NCBI GenBank assembly: GCA_030704615.1
Contig: CM060733.1
Location: 44,888,001 to 44,952,000, forward strand
Direction: 5' to 3'
DNA length: 64,000 bases
From: Takakia lepidozioides
Lineage: Eukaryota > Plantae > Bryophyta
Position numbers and translations under genes: made by a program. Shown here one piece after another: positions 12,103-23,599 of this stretch; positions within the stretch are counted from its first letter, which is position 1, and each line of letters begins with the position of its first letter. A model generated the notes under the pieces. That model searched no databases. It had not been told where the DNA came from and saw only the letters and a program-made list of their open reading frames with translations.

Positions 12103-12827
12103 TGTCGCGCACCTCACTTCAGTAAGCTCCCCTTTAAGTCATAGTTACTCGCTTTGATGCGCGCGCCTAACTCCCAATCTGGCCGTCAGGCCAACTTGGA
12201 GCTTTGGCTGCTCACCGGGACATAACGGTCCCCCTTTGCTCTTCCAAAAGACCCTCCACCAATTTGGGCCTAGTGGGAATTCTTTTTGGTAGATGGCAGT
12301 CCGGAATAGCTCCCCACTCTTTGGTCGCTTTCCGGATCGCTCGCTTACTCACTAGTTTTTGGTCACAATGGGCTTGCACCGTTCTCGGGGTTACTACTCC
12401 CTATATATACTTCTGTGACTGTCCGCGGCAGTTTCACAAACAACCATGCCATTTTATGGCGAACCACCACGAAGACCCTTGACTCCCGGTGATGAGTCGC
12501 GGTGAATCTTGGCCCACCCACCACGGTCCCATTGGACCGTGATGAGTCCCAAGACTCCCCACTACTCCCACCACGAGGTCTTCGCCCCGTGGTGAGTCCT
12601 ATGCCATCCCCACTAAGTCCCGCTAAGCTACCACCACCCCTTGTGGAGTCATCCCCACTTCAACTCGGTGTGCGGGGCTCCACTTAGTGAGTACCTCCGC
12701 CTCCTTGAGTGCCTTGGGCCCTCAAGGGTGCTTCAGCCCCCCGTACCTATCGCTGCCACTGCCCCCACCACAGGGGCAGCCCCTCTTGTGTCCCGACCCT
12801 CTGCCCTCAAGGCAAAGGGCCGCGACA
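12103..12827 (-). repeat. 3' LTR (725 bp)
   Basis: Termini TGTCGCG...CGCGACA form a 7-bp inverted repeat. Homologous to 18343-19043. Preceded on the minus strand by PPT-like GGTAGGGGTGTG (12839-12828). Confidence 0.88.
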
Positions 12828-13734
12828 CACACCCCTACCAACAGGGAATCGATGTCCTCATCGACTTGTCCATTTTGTAGAAACGAACATCCAAGTTGTG
12901 GCATCCCACATCAAGGAGTTTGTTTCTGTACCATGGCGTCCCATGGCAAAGAACCAAACCCCACACTTGACTATACTCTCCACTAGCTAGTTCGGCCGAC
13001 TTCCTCCAAGTCCCGACCAAGGGTGGAGCCTCTCAAGCTCCTCCCATTGCACTCTTCTTGGCCTACTTCAAGGCCAAGGAATGATCCTCCCCGAGGATTG
13101 AATCGCCTTACTGCAACAACATTGCTTGCGACCGCTCATGATGCCGCTTTTGGCATCACCTTGAGTAAGGGTTCACCCCGAACCCTCTTTGACTAGGAAG
13201 ATAACCTTGAACCAACCGTGCGCCCCAATCGCTACAATTGGGTCCGCCTTGGAGTGCTGGCCTGAGGTGCGGGAACACATCGAAGCCGCACTACGACTTC
13301 ATCCCGAGGCTACACGATTATAGTACGTGAATAGAAGCACGTAGCTTCTGTGTTAGCCCGCACTACAAGGCAACCCCCTCGGTACCGTAGTTATAGTACG
13401 CATACGCGCCAGGTGTGCACTAACACGTGAACTCCCAAAGAAGGCGCAAGTTTCCTTGCCCTTTGGATGGGAGTCACCCGATTTCGGCACTGCGCAAACA
13501 CACAATTAACCTAATTTACCTCTCCCACTTTTGTAAGCTTAGCATGCATTCTACACACTAGCCAACCATACCATGCATCACCATTCCAAACAAAATAGGA
13601 TGCACAACATTTGGAAACCATTTCATTTATAACAAATTTTGTACAATACAAGTTTTTGCAATCGGATTCTTGAGCTTAGCTAAGCCGGGCTAAGCATGCA
13701 TTTCCTCCCCCATGATCCAAGGTTGATGTCCCCA

Positions 13735-16700
13735 TCAACGCTTCTTCCGCTTTTGAAGCCGCCCTTCGAACGCTGCAACCGCCTCAGATGCTTTTCCCAT
13801 TTCTGAGGCATGCACCCAAGATGCCTCCACATGATGATAGCCCTTCCATTTCACGAGATACTCTGTTTCTCGGTTCTTGAATCTCCTTGACTTAAGCACT
13901 GCCTCCACCTCGTACTCAGGTTCATTTTCATGATCCAACAGCACAGGTGGCGGACGCAACACTTGATGCCGATTCGGACGCGCTTCATCTTTGAAATAGG
14001 GCTTCAAAAGGGAGACGTGGAATACTGGATGCACCTTGCTATTTGCCGGCAGCTCCAATTCATACACATCCTCATTCATATCCTTTCGGATGCGAAAGGG
14101 TCACGCATACGGAGGTACGAACTTCGGACTCACTTCCGGAGGTAGTCGGAAATTCTTGATGTTCAACCAGACCTCCGTGCCTGCCTCAAACTTCACTTCC
14201 CTCCGCTTCCGATTCGCCTGCCTTTCATACCGTTTCCTAGCTTTGGCAATGTTGTACTTTGCGAGCTTCAACAAACGCTCGCGTTCTTCCAATACCGCGG
14301 CTGCTGTCGGTTCCTCAACGTTCTAGGCGGCCCAACTTGTCGGCACCAGAGGTGCTTTTCCATAGACCAATACAAAAGGGGAAACTCCCGTTGCGGAAAG
14401 TTTTGTGTTATTATAACAGAACTCTGCCGCGTCCAAATGTTCCACCCAGTCTGATTGGTCTGTCGACACGCAATTCCGCAAGATCTGCTTCACTACGGAA
14501 TTCACTCTTTCCGTTTGGCCGTTCGTCGTAGGTCGGAAGGTGGTGCTCATCTTCAGCCTCGTCCCCATCTTCTTCCAAAGTGCCCTCCAAATTTACTTGT
14601 AAACTTTGGATCGCGGTCCGAGACAATATCCTTCGGGAGTCCATGAAGCTTGAAGACGTGGGCGAAGTAAAGTCGTCTCGTCTCCTGCGCCGTTGCCGCC
14701 TCCTTGGTGGGGATGAAATGGCCCATTTTACTGAACCTATCCACCACCACCACCATGATCGCATCGAATCCTTTTGACAGCGGCATAGCAGTCATGAAAT
14801 CCATCGAAACACTTTCCCAAGACCCCTCTGGAATCGGCAAAGGTTATAACAGCCCCGCTTGCTTCTTGTACTCGCTCCGGTTTTGTTGGCATGTGGTGCA
14901 TGTCTTGACATACTCCTCGGCCTCCTCCCTCAGTTTGGGCCAGAAATACTCTTTCTTCAAGAGTGTCGCGGTGCGCATGGCTCCGTTGTGGCCCGCATCA
15001 TGGCATTCCCTCAAGAGGCTATCTCTGATCCCTCCTTTCGGCACGTAGAGACGCTTTTGCTTATACCGGAGTAGTCCATTTTGCAAGTAGAACTGCGATT
15101 TAACCCCCATCCTCAAGTCCCGCATCACGGACTTTGCTATCTCATCCTTCTTGCAAGCCTTCCGGATCTTCCTTTGGAGTGTCGTCTCGCCCCCGTACAC
15201 CAACATGAGCTGCTGTTTCTTACTTAAAGCATTGGCCACCACATTGTCCCGTCCCGGTTTGTACTGGATATCCACGTCGAACACCGCCAAAGTATCTTGC
15301 CACCTAAGTTGTTTTGGGGACAACTTAGGCTGCGTGGCAAAATACTTCACCGTGACATTGTCCGTGAACACCTTCACTGGATTGGAACCAACATAGTGGC
15401 GCCAAAGCTCAAGACAATGCACCACCGCCTTCCTCTCTTTTTCGTGCGTCGGCCACCGTCGCTCCACTTCATTCAGTTTCTTACTTTCGTAAGCCACTGG
15501 ACGTCCATCTTGCATAAGTACACCCCCAATCGTGAAGTCCGACGCATCTGTATGAATCTCGAACGGATGGTCGAACTCCGGGATTTTCAAGACTGGAGCT
15601 TCCGCCATCCGCTGCTTCAATTCAACAAAAGCTTGGTCACAAAGGTGTTCCATATCCAGACTTTGGATTTACACAGAAGGTCTGACAGTGGCCCCGCGAT
15701 CTTGACGAAATTTCTCACATACTTCCGGTAATAGGAGGCGAGTCCTAGGAAGGATCGCACTCCCGGGACCGAAGTCGGAGGCTCCCGGTCCAAGATCGCC
15801 CTCACCTTTCTGTCATCCATTTTGATCCCATCCTGTGTAATCACATGCCCCAGGAACTCCACTTTAGTGACCCCGAATTCGCACTTTGGAGCTTTGGCGT
15901 ATAGCTTCCCTTCTCGCAATTTCTGAAACACCCTTTTGAGGTGTTCCAGGTGCTCCTCCTTGTTTTCGAGTACACCAAGATGTCGTCGATGTACACGATC
16001 ACAAAGTCATCCAACCACTCCTGGAAAAGGCTGTTCATCAGTGTGCTAAAGGTCGCGGGTGCGTTGGTGAGCCCAAAAGACATCACCAAGAACTCATATG
16101 AACCATACCTTGTCCTGCACGTGGTCTTTTCCTCATCTCCTTCCGCCACCCGAATTTGATGATAGCCGGAGCGCAAATCGATCCGGCTGAAATACTTCGC
16201 TCCTGCCAACCGGTCGAAAAGGTCGTCGATCCTTGGCAAAGGGTACCGGTTTTTTATAGTCACCTTATTCAGAGCCTTATAATCGACACACATCCGCAGC
16301 GTCCCATCCTTCTTGTCTGCGAATAGCACCGGGGCTCCGTAAGGTGACTTACTCGGCTGGATGTACCCCTTTGACATTAGATCCTTGAGCTGAGTCTTCA
16401 ACTCGACCAACTCTCTGTGGCTCAACCGGTAGGGCGCCTTGGCAGGCAGTTCCGATCCCGGTATCACCTCAATCTTGTGGTCAACTCCTCTTCGCGGTGG
16501 CAAGCCGCTTGGTAAATCCTCCGACATCACATCCTGGTATTTCTCCAAAATCCTCTTGATCCAATCTGGGCTCGGCTACCCATCGCCTTCTCCCTTTACT
16601 TCTCTGACGTAAGCAAAAATTGGGGCTCGTGTGACTCCTCCACGACCCACTCCTTTGCTAACAGAAGGTTTATTCGCCCTCCCATGGGTTTGGGCATTTC

Positions 16701-18287
16701 CGACACTCATAAAATTTCGCCACCATTCCCACATGGTAGCGTGAGTACTTTCTTGCGGCCATCTATGACCGCTCCGGATTTGCTAAAAAAGATCATCCCC
16801 AAAATAAGATCCACTCCATCGATCTCGCAGATGGTGAAGTTTTCACGTCCCTCCCAACTCCCCAGTTGAAGAGGAACATCGAACGCCAACCTCGTCGCCC
16901 GTTCTGGTTCTCCTTTGGTAGAACGCACCTCAATAGAGGCCCCCACGTCACTTGTCGGGAGTCCCAGCTTTTGTGCCGTTGCCGGTGTCATGAAGGAGTG
17001 CGATGCTCCTGTGTCCACCAACAACGACACGTTAGTTCCGGATATTATCCCATCTACGAACAATAACTGGCTCTCTTTACGCATGGCACCAGTTTCTTGA
17101 CACAATTCACAAGAATAGTCGCCTACCTTGCAAGTCTTGGCAACCACCGCTTCCACCAAGCGAGTGATAGAATCCTCCGACAGCTCTGTGGTCGTTCGAG
17201 TCATGTTCAACTGTCGGGGTTTCGTGCACTTCTTGCCCATGTGCCCGGGCTTCCTGCAATTGAAACACACTCCATCGAAGGTCGCCTTCTGTCCGCCATA
17301 AGCCACTGCACCTGCTTTTCCTTTCGCAGCACCGGGTGTCGCCTTGACGTATGAAGGCCTTCCCTTCGATTTCCACGTGCCATTGTCGCCGCGTGGCCTA
17401 TCCCACTTCTTTTTCGGTCGGAAGGAGTCACCTTCCCGCCGGGCCCTCTTGTGGTTCAGCTCCGTACGGCCTTGTCTTTCACCCCTCGGGACATCCGAAA
17501 AACATTCAGCCTTCTCAATTGTCTCGTTCAAATTCTTAGGTGGCTTCTCCTCCAACTTCCGCCTGGCCCATGGGGCCAGTCCCGCCACGAAGTTGAAGAC
17601 CGTTTTTGGTTCTGTCATGTCCGCGACTTCGAGCAACAGCACATTGAAAGCCTGAACATATCCCCGAATGTCATCCGTTTGCTTCAAATTCCTCATCTTG
17701 TCCCGGGCGAACCAAGACGTATTGAGGGGCACAAACTGTCTCTTCATCAATTCCTTGAACCCACTCCAATTCAAGGTTTCCGGATTTGGACCTCGGTCGT
17801 GAAGACGTTTTTGCCACCATTGTTGAGCATAGCCCCTCAAATAGGTGAGAGCCACTTCCACCCGATCCTCGTCACTCAACTTGGCCGCCCGGAAGTACTG
17901 CTCTAACTCCAAGAGCCAGGTGTTGAGTGCTTTCTGATTTCGGACGCCCTCGAAGGTGTCGGGTTCCTTAGGCTTCACCTTAAATTTTGCCTTAGTGGAA
18001 GTGGCATTAGTCGCCTTCAACACGTCTTTCAACGTCCCGCCAAACTGCGCCAACAACCCTTCCCAAAAGGCTGCCGGCATGGGAGGCATCTGTTGGTTTG
18101 TTGGAGCTCTCAGGGATTCCTCGAGCTCCGACTCCTCAGATTCCTCCCGCTCTTGAGCGGCCTCATTTTCAGAAACATGCATCGCTTCCTCAAACGGCCG
18201 CCTTGATGACACGTCGCCCCCATCGGACTCAGCAAGATCATCATCTTTTGGGCCGTTCCGCTTTCGCTTTGGCTTGCCCGACCCCAT
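13735..18287 (-). pseudogene. gag-pol polyprotein (Gag, CCHC knuckle, aspartic protease, RT, RNase H, integrase, chromodomain) with frameshifts and stops
   Basis: CFNCRKPGHMGKKC; LVDTGASHSF; [16 protein letters not shown]; HTDASD...AYESKKL; HDAGH...CTTC; VDRFSKMGHF, NGQTERVN; EYEVEAVL...YLVKWKGY...EASW. Split over seven or more ORF pieces. Confidence 0.95.
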
Positions 18288-18328
18288 GATGAGGCCAATC
18301 CCTAGGACGATCGCGTACTGAACTCTAA

Positions 18329-18340
18329 GCTCTGATACCA
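18329..18340 (-). promoter_or_regulatory. Primer-binding site complementary to the tRNA-iMet 3' end
   Basis: TGGTATCAGAGC on the minus strand, 2 nt from the 5' LTR end. Confidence 0.92.
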
Positions 18341-18342
18341 AG

Positions 18343-19043
18343 TGTCACGCACCTCACTTCGGTAAGCTCCCCTTTAAGTCATAGTTACTCGCTTTGATGC
18401 GCGCGCCTAACTCCCAACCTGGCCGTCGGGCCAACTTGGAGCTTCGGGACATAACGGCCCCCCTTTGCTCTTCCAAAAGACCCTCCACCAATTTGGGCCT
18501 AGTGGGAATTCCCTTTGGTAGATAGTAGTCCGGATTAGCTCCCCATCGCTTTCCGGCTCGTTCGCTTACTCACTAGTTTTTGGTCACCAACGGGCTTGCA
18601 TTGTTCTCGGGGTTACTACTCCCTATATATACTTCTGTGACTGTCCGCGGGGGTTTCACAAACAACCATGCCATTTTATGGCGAACCACCACGAAGACCC
18701 TTGACTCCCGGTGATGAGTCGCGGTGAGTCTTGGCCCACCCACCACGGTCCTATTGGACTGTGATGAGTCCCAAGACTCCCCACGACTCCAACCATCAGG
18801 TCTTCACCCCATGTTGAGTCCACCCCCACTAAGTCCCGCTAAGCTACCACTACCCCTTGTGGAGCCACCCCCACCACAATCCCGTGTGCGGGGCTCCACC
18901 TAGTGAGCGCCTCCGCCTCCTTGAGTGCCTTGGGCACTCAAGGGTGCTTCAGCCCCCCGTACCTATCGCTGCCACTGCCCCCACCACAGGGGCAGCCCCT
19001 CTTGTGTCCCGACCCCCTGCCCTCATGGCAAAGGGCCGCGACA
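18343..19043 (-). repeat. 5' LTR (701 bp)
   Basis: Termini TGTCACG...CGCGACA. Similarity to the other LTR stops exactly at CGCGACA. TATATA motif inside. Confidence 0.88.
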
Positions 19044-19049
19044 TCCTAC

Positions 19050-19740
19050 CTCCTCCAATCGCACTCACACTCCATGAAATTTAAACCCTAACCCTCTCTT
19101 ATATCTCACCCGAAACCCTAACGATCTACTTATCTTTGAGCATGATCGCAACAACCTCCCGGTGAATAGCTCGTCGAGCTATTCAACACCCTGGTAGGGG
19201 AGTAGGGTGGGGGCGGGCTGGGCGGATGGTGGCAGCTAGGGCTGGGGCTGGGCCGCCAAGAGCCTAAGCTTGGGCGGGTAGGTTAGTGCGGGGGCTGGCA
19301 GGTGTTGGCGGGCCGAGTTGGTGCCATGGCTTGGGAGGTTTGCCACTTTTGCCCCAAGGTTGTGCCATTTTGGCTCTTGTAGGGGGGCGCGGGCCCACAC
19401 GTGCCCCATAAACGTGTTGGGCCTCGGGAGAGGGGTAGGTGAGGGGACAAGGGAGCCAGCGTCATTACGACATGGCTACCGAAAATTCATGGGCGGGTAA
19501 TGCCGTGAGTGGAGAGCATTCCCGGATTTAAGGGCCTGACGCCAAGGGTGGTAGCCCGGGGGAAGGCCTCAAAATCCGGGAATGCCCACGTTACCCTGCG
19601 TAAAGAAATAAGATGATTTCTTTCCTTTTCATCGTTCATTTATCCTTTCTCTGCCTTAGTCGCTTCCTGCAAGAAAAGATCTTGAAGGTAAAGATAAAGA
19701 AATGTCGCAGGTGTGCATTACACAAGTGTGTAATGCACTG
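19050..19740. repeat. GC-rich, hairpin-rich segment, probably one arm of a DNA transposon
   Basis: Palindrome GAATAGCTCG-T-CGAGCTATTC (~19164-19184); inverted repeat GCATTCCCGGATTT...AAATCCGGGAATGC (19516-19585); GTGCATTACAC-AAGT-GTGTAATGCAC (19713-19738); two AAACCCTAA telo-boxes. Confidence 0.5.
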
Positions 19741-20187
19741 GTAATCGTGCGGGCTGGCTCATACGTTGTATAACGCGCAGAATTTTACAAAGAGAAATCA
19801 GCCCTAGTTCTTTACGAGATCTCGAATCTTTTTAGATCAATCAAGTTACATATTCTATTGTTTTCATCCAGTAAGATTAAGATTGTAGATTTGAAAGTCC
19901 TGATGTGCATGTAAGTTTTGAGGATCTCTTTAGAGCTTCAAATTTGTGCCCTTCAAATTTTTTGCAGATCTAGTGACTAAGGGGTGCAAGGCTTTTGGGC
20001 TCTTGAGGGGAAAGTTGTTTGTAGATGCTCGGAGAGAAGGATACAACATATTCTTACAGAATTTGACTTCATAAATTTGTCAATGATGACATTATCTACA
20101 TCTGAATGCACGACAGTCTTCCCAAAGAATAGAAGTCCCCACCAGAGTGTCAATGTGCGGTTATTTGATTTTTTTTAAATTTTATAT

Positions 20188-21338
20188 CAGTGTTATGGAT
20201 ATTTAACTTTAACTTTGTATTCACATCCTACGGTTCCGAGGTTTTGGAGCTTTCCCGTTTATGATATCCTGCCGGTTTGCAACAAATACAAAATTTAACC
20301 CTGTGCAGTTATGGACAGTTTATGTGAAAATAACGTTCGGCGGTTCAGTATCCGGTTATCAAATAAATCCAAGCTTAGTTTAGTAAAATAAAATACCCCA
20401 AACTTAAAAATCTAATGTATTAATTTTTTAATAAAAATAGTTACAATTATTAGGATAGAACATTGAAGAGTACTATTAGGAGATTTTTTTATATTGTAAA
20501 TAATGCAAAAATTGCAAGTGACCATTCAAGTCTCAAAAAATTGGAACGCGTCATAAAATATGAAGTTATACATATGCCTGCCTCTTCAAATGAAGATAGG
20601 GCCAGCTCATGAGTACGACACCCTCTACTTCTATTAATTTAATATGTCATGGTTTGCGTTTTTTTTGGGCCCTGCCTTTGTAGACCCCCCTAGGTACTAG
20701 TAAGTAGTAAGTAGTAAGTAGTGAGTAAATAATAAGACTAAGGGAAGAGAGCCCCGGCTCTCTTTATATACTGGGCGGTGGGACCTTCTAGAAGCCCGCT
20801 GATCCCTGGGGGGTGGGACATTTCTAGAAGGTTGCCATGGACACTTTTCCAAGAGCTACGGCTGTTGGGTCCCATTGCTGCACTATCCATGTATTAATGT
20901 CCCTGGCATAGGGTGCGCAGTTTTCGGGGCCCTCTTCGAGCCCTCTTCTTTGCCTTAATACAGACTTTTCCGTTTCATGTGGGCCCTAGTTAAATCCTAG
21001 ACCACTCTCTAATCCTCATACCCCTTTCAAACCTAGCCCCTTATCTATGTCCGGTGAACTCAATAATCGGCTCTTGTCTGGACTATAACCTCCAGTTTTA
21101 AATGCCAGATATATGGGTTCGTAACTTGCTTCTTTTAGACCACTAGTTCTGGTTCAAATCAAATAAAAATAATATACAAACCCACCGGATCTGGTTATCC
21201 CATCTCTTCATATCCGGCGGTTCTTAACGGAGGCGAATATATGATATTTTGACCTCCGGCATATCCACATATATATATATTATCCAGGTTGGGTTTTGCG
21301 GGGGGTTTGAGGCTGAATCAAATATCTCCAGAACACTC
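20188..21338. mobile_element. Old non-autonomous hAT-like element
   Basis: Degenerate ends CAGTGTTATGGATATTT / AAATATCTCCAGAACACTC, with CGGTT/ATCCGG subterminal motifs at both ends. No TSD recognisable. Confidence 0.45.
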
Positions 21339-23599
21339 GTCCCCACATGGAAAGTGACAATAATGAGGTTAATAGTTAATTGTTGACACAAAAAAACTTA
21401 CAAAAATCAACACACACCTACATTTTAGTCCTCCTAAATAGTCCGCTCCTCCTTTTTTTTGCTACGTTCTTTTCAATGCTTTGCGATATTGCAAGCTCTA
21501 GTATTTTCTCGGCTGCTGGTGTTATTATTATTTTTTCGCTCCTAGTTCTTTTTCCTTTACTGGGGGTGGTTTTCTGGTTATTTTAACTTCGTTATAGGGT
21601 GGGATCTCCTTGTTAATGTTTTACACTTGACGAGAAAAATAATATATATATATAAAATTGGATAGTATTTAAGTTCTTACCTACATGTATCATAGATTTT
21701 AAATGATATCATATATAAATTTTATATGTAAATCTTGAATTCAAATATAGCTTGAATTCAAGGAAAACAAATTAATATTATTATAATCAATAGACTATAG
21801 ACCTCCGACCCTGAAATTAATTACCGACATTAGTTTTCCCTCTGATAATTTCATGTTTTAAAGTTCAATTCCCAGGGTTTTTCAAAAACTAAATCAATTT
21901 CATCTTTATTATTCTCTAACAATAATATACATGCATACATATACATATATATATATATATTAATTTTGTACATTTTGTATATTTTTCAATTTTACTACTT
22001 TTAAATTATCTAATTGCATTTTTTGCTCCCAACATATCTCATCAACTAAGCCATTCCGAGATGAACCCCTTGCTTTTTCCTTTCACTGTAATTAAAGGGC
22101 CTGATTAAGTTGTGAGCATTGTTTTTAATAAATTTAATAATAAATAAAAGGGGGACGGAGGCCTTGTTAGTCAAATTAAAAAAGAGAAGGAGGAAAAAAT
22201 AACCTCACCACGGCCATAAGGGGATATAATTGTAAGGAACCTCCCAAAAACGGCCGCAATTGGCAAAGAACAAACAAACAGAACAAGGCTCACATACAAC
22301 CAATGTCCAAAGGAGAAGCAAGAAGGAACAAGGAACCTCCTAGGAGAACCACTACCTATGAGGCCAAGAGCTGACTATACTATAGGCAGCCAAAAACAAA
22401 GGGGAGGGAGTAGACAATCAAAGGAAAGAAGCAGAGAAAGAAGATAGTGAAAATAAAAATCCCCAAGTGATTATTCTTTCCACTTCAAGAAAATAACTCG
22501 AAAAAAAAAACAAAAAACAAAAAACAGGAAGGGCCACTATGGGCAGGGTGACGAAAGGGCAGCGTTGCGTTGGAAGGTCCCAGCGCGGCGAGGTCAGGAG
22601 GGTCAGTTGAACGTGTAGTTTCAACTGAACGCTCTCTCCTCAACTATCTCCTTCTCCATACTCTTCATCTCATTTCAGGTGAGCTTCACAATCCGCTTCG
22701 CCATGACATATTAGTAAGTAATGCGTTTGATTCCGTAGAACAGTGTATAACATGATTTGTTTGATTGGATGTGCAGTGGCAAATTGACAAATCTTTAGTT
22801 CCAAAGATGTTAGTGGCTAGGCACCTGTTGGTCGCTTATGTGTGGTGGCAGAGAACTTCCAGAGCCTAACGTGATTGTAGGAAGATTACAGCACTGGGTT
22901 GCAGAGTTCTCATGAACCCAAGTTGTGGAAGGATTTGCAAAGCTCATTTGTTTGACAGTGCTTGTCAAATTGAAGCGGGGAGTCATGTATCGATTGTGAG
23001 GCTTGACCAACATGGCGGGGAAGAACGGGAAATGAGGGTCAGAGGATAAATGGCAATGACAACATAGTTACAATGGTACCAAAGACCTACAATCTTCCCA
23101 TAGTAACCATGTAAAATAACTTTATCTTTGCTCTAGGATCCACGAACGCAATCAATTTATTTCTGCCAATCTCTCTACTCTTTGCAATCTATCTCTTCCT
23201 CTTTATTCTCTGGATGACTAGTTGCATATTCCAGGAACATTATAAGATCCAATTGATATCTCAACTCATATGATTCTTATGCGTACATTCTCTCTTTGGT
23301 ACTGTACTCTAGATAAATAGTACTGTTAGACAACGCTATAGACACACAGATGTCCCATTTCAGAGGTCATGTGCACGAGAACCTCCAATCTAAAGAATCA
23401 CTCAAACTGGAGTTGTAATATGTTTATGCTGAGGGTCGTTAGGGACCAGGGCTCTGTTCCTTTTGTTTTCCATGTCCCTCATATTCCTTTGAACATCTAG
23501 AAAAGGGGTGGGGGAAAAAACTTCATTCCTTTGTTCTCTTTCCATCAGTGCAAGTTGTAACCATGATCGTTGTTAACCTCTAACCTGCTAATCACGTAG

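Larger units (their letters stand above)
12103..19043 (-). mobile_element. Ty3/gypsy chromovirus LTR retrotransposon, decayed
   Basis: Two LTRs, tRNA-Met PBS, PPT, and domain order gag-PR-RT-RH-INT-chromodomain on the minus strand. Confidence 0.95.

Noticed and set aside
12103-13700. A 1.6-kb 3' LTR starting after GGGGGAGGAAA
   Set aside because: Similarity to the 5' LTR stops at 12827, exactly at an inverted terminus with its own PPT-like tract.
20645-21050. Possible solo LTR (TGTCATG start, TATA-like motif, AGTAAGT repeats)
   Set aside because: No matching CA terminus or TSD could be fixed.
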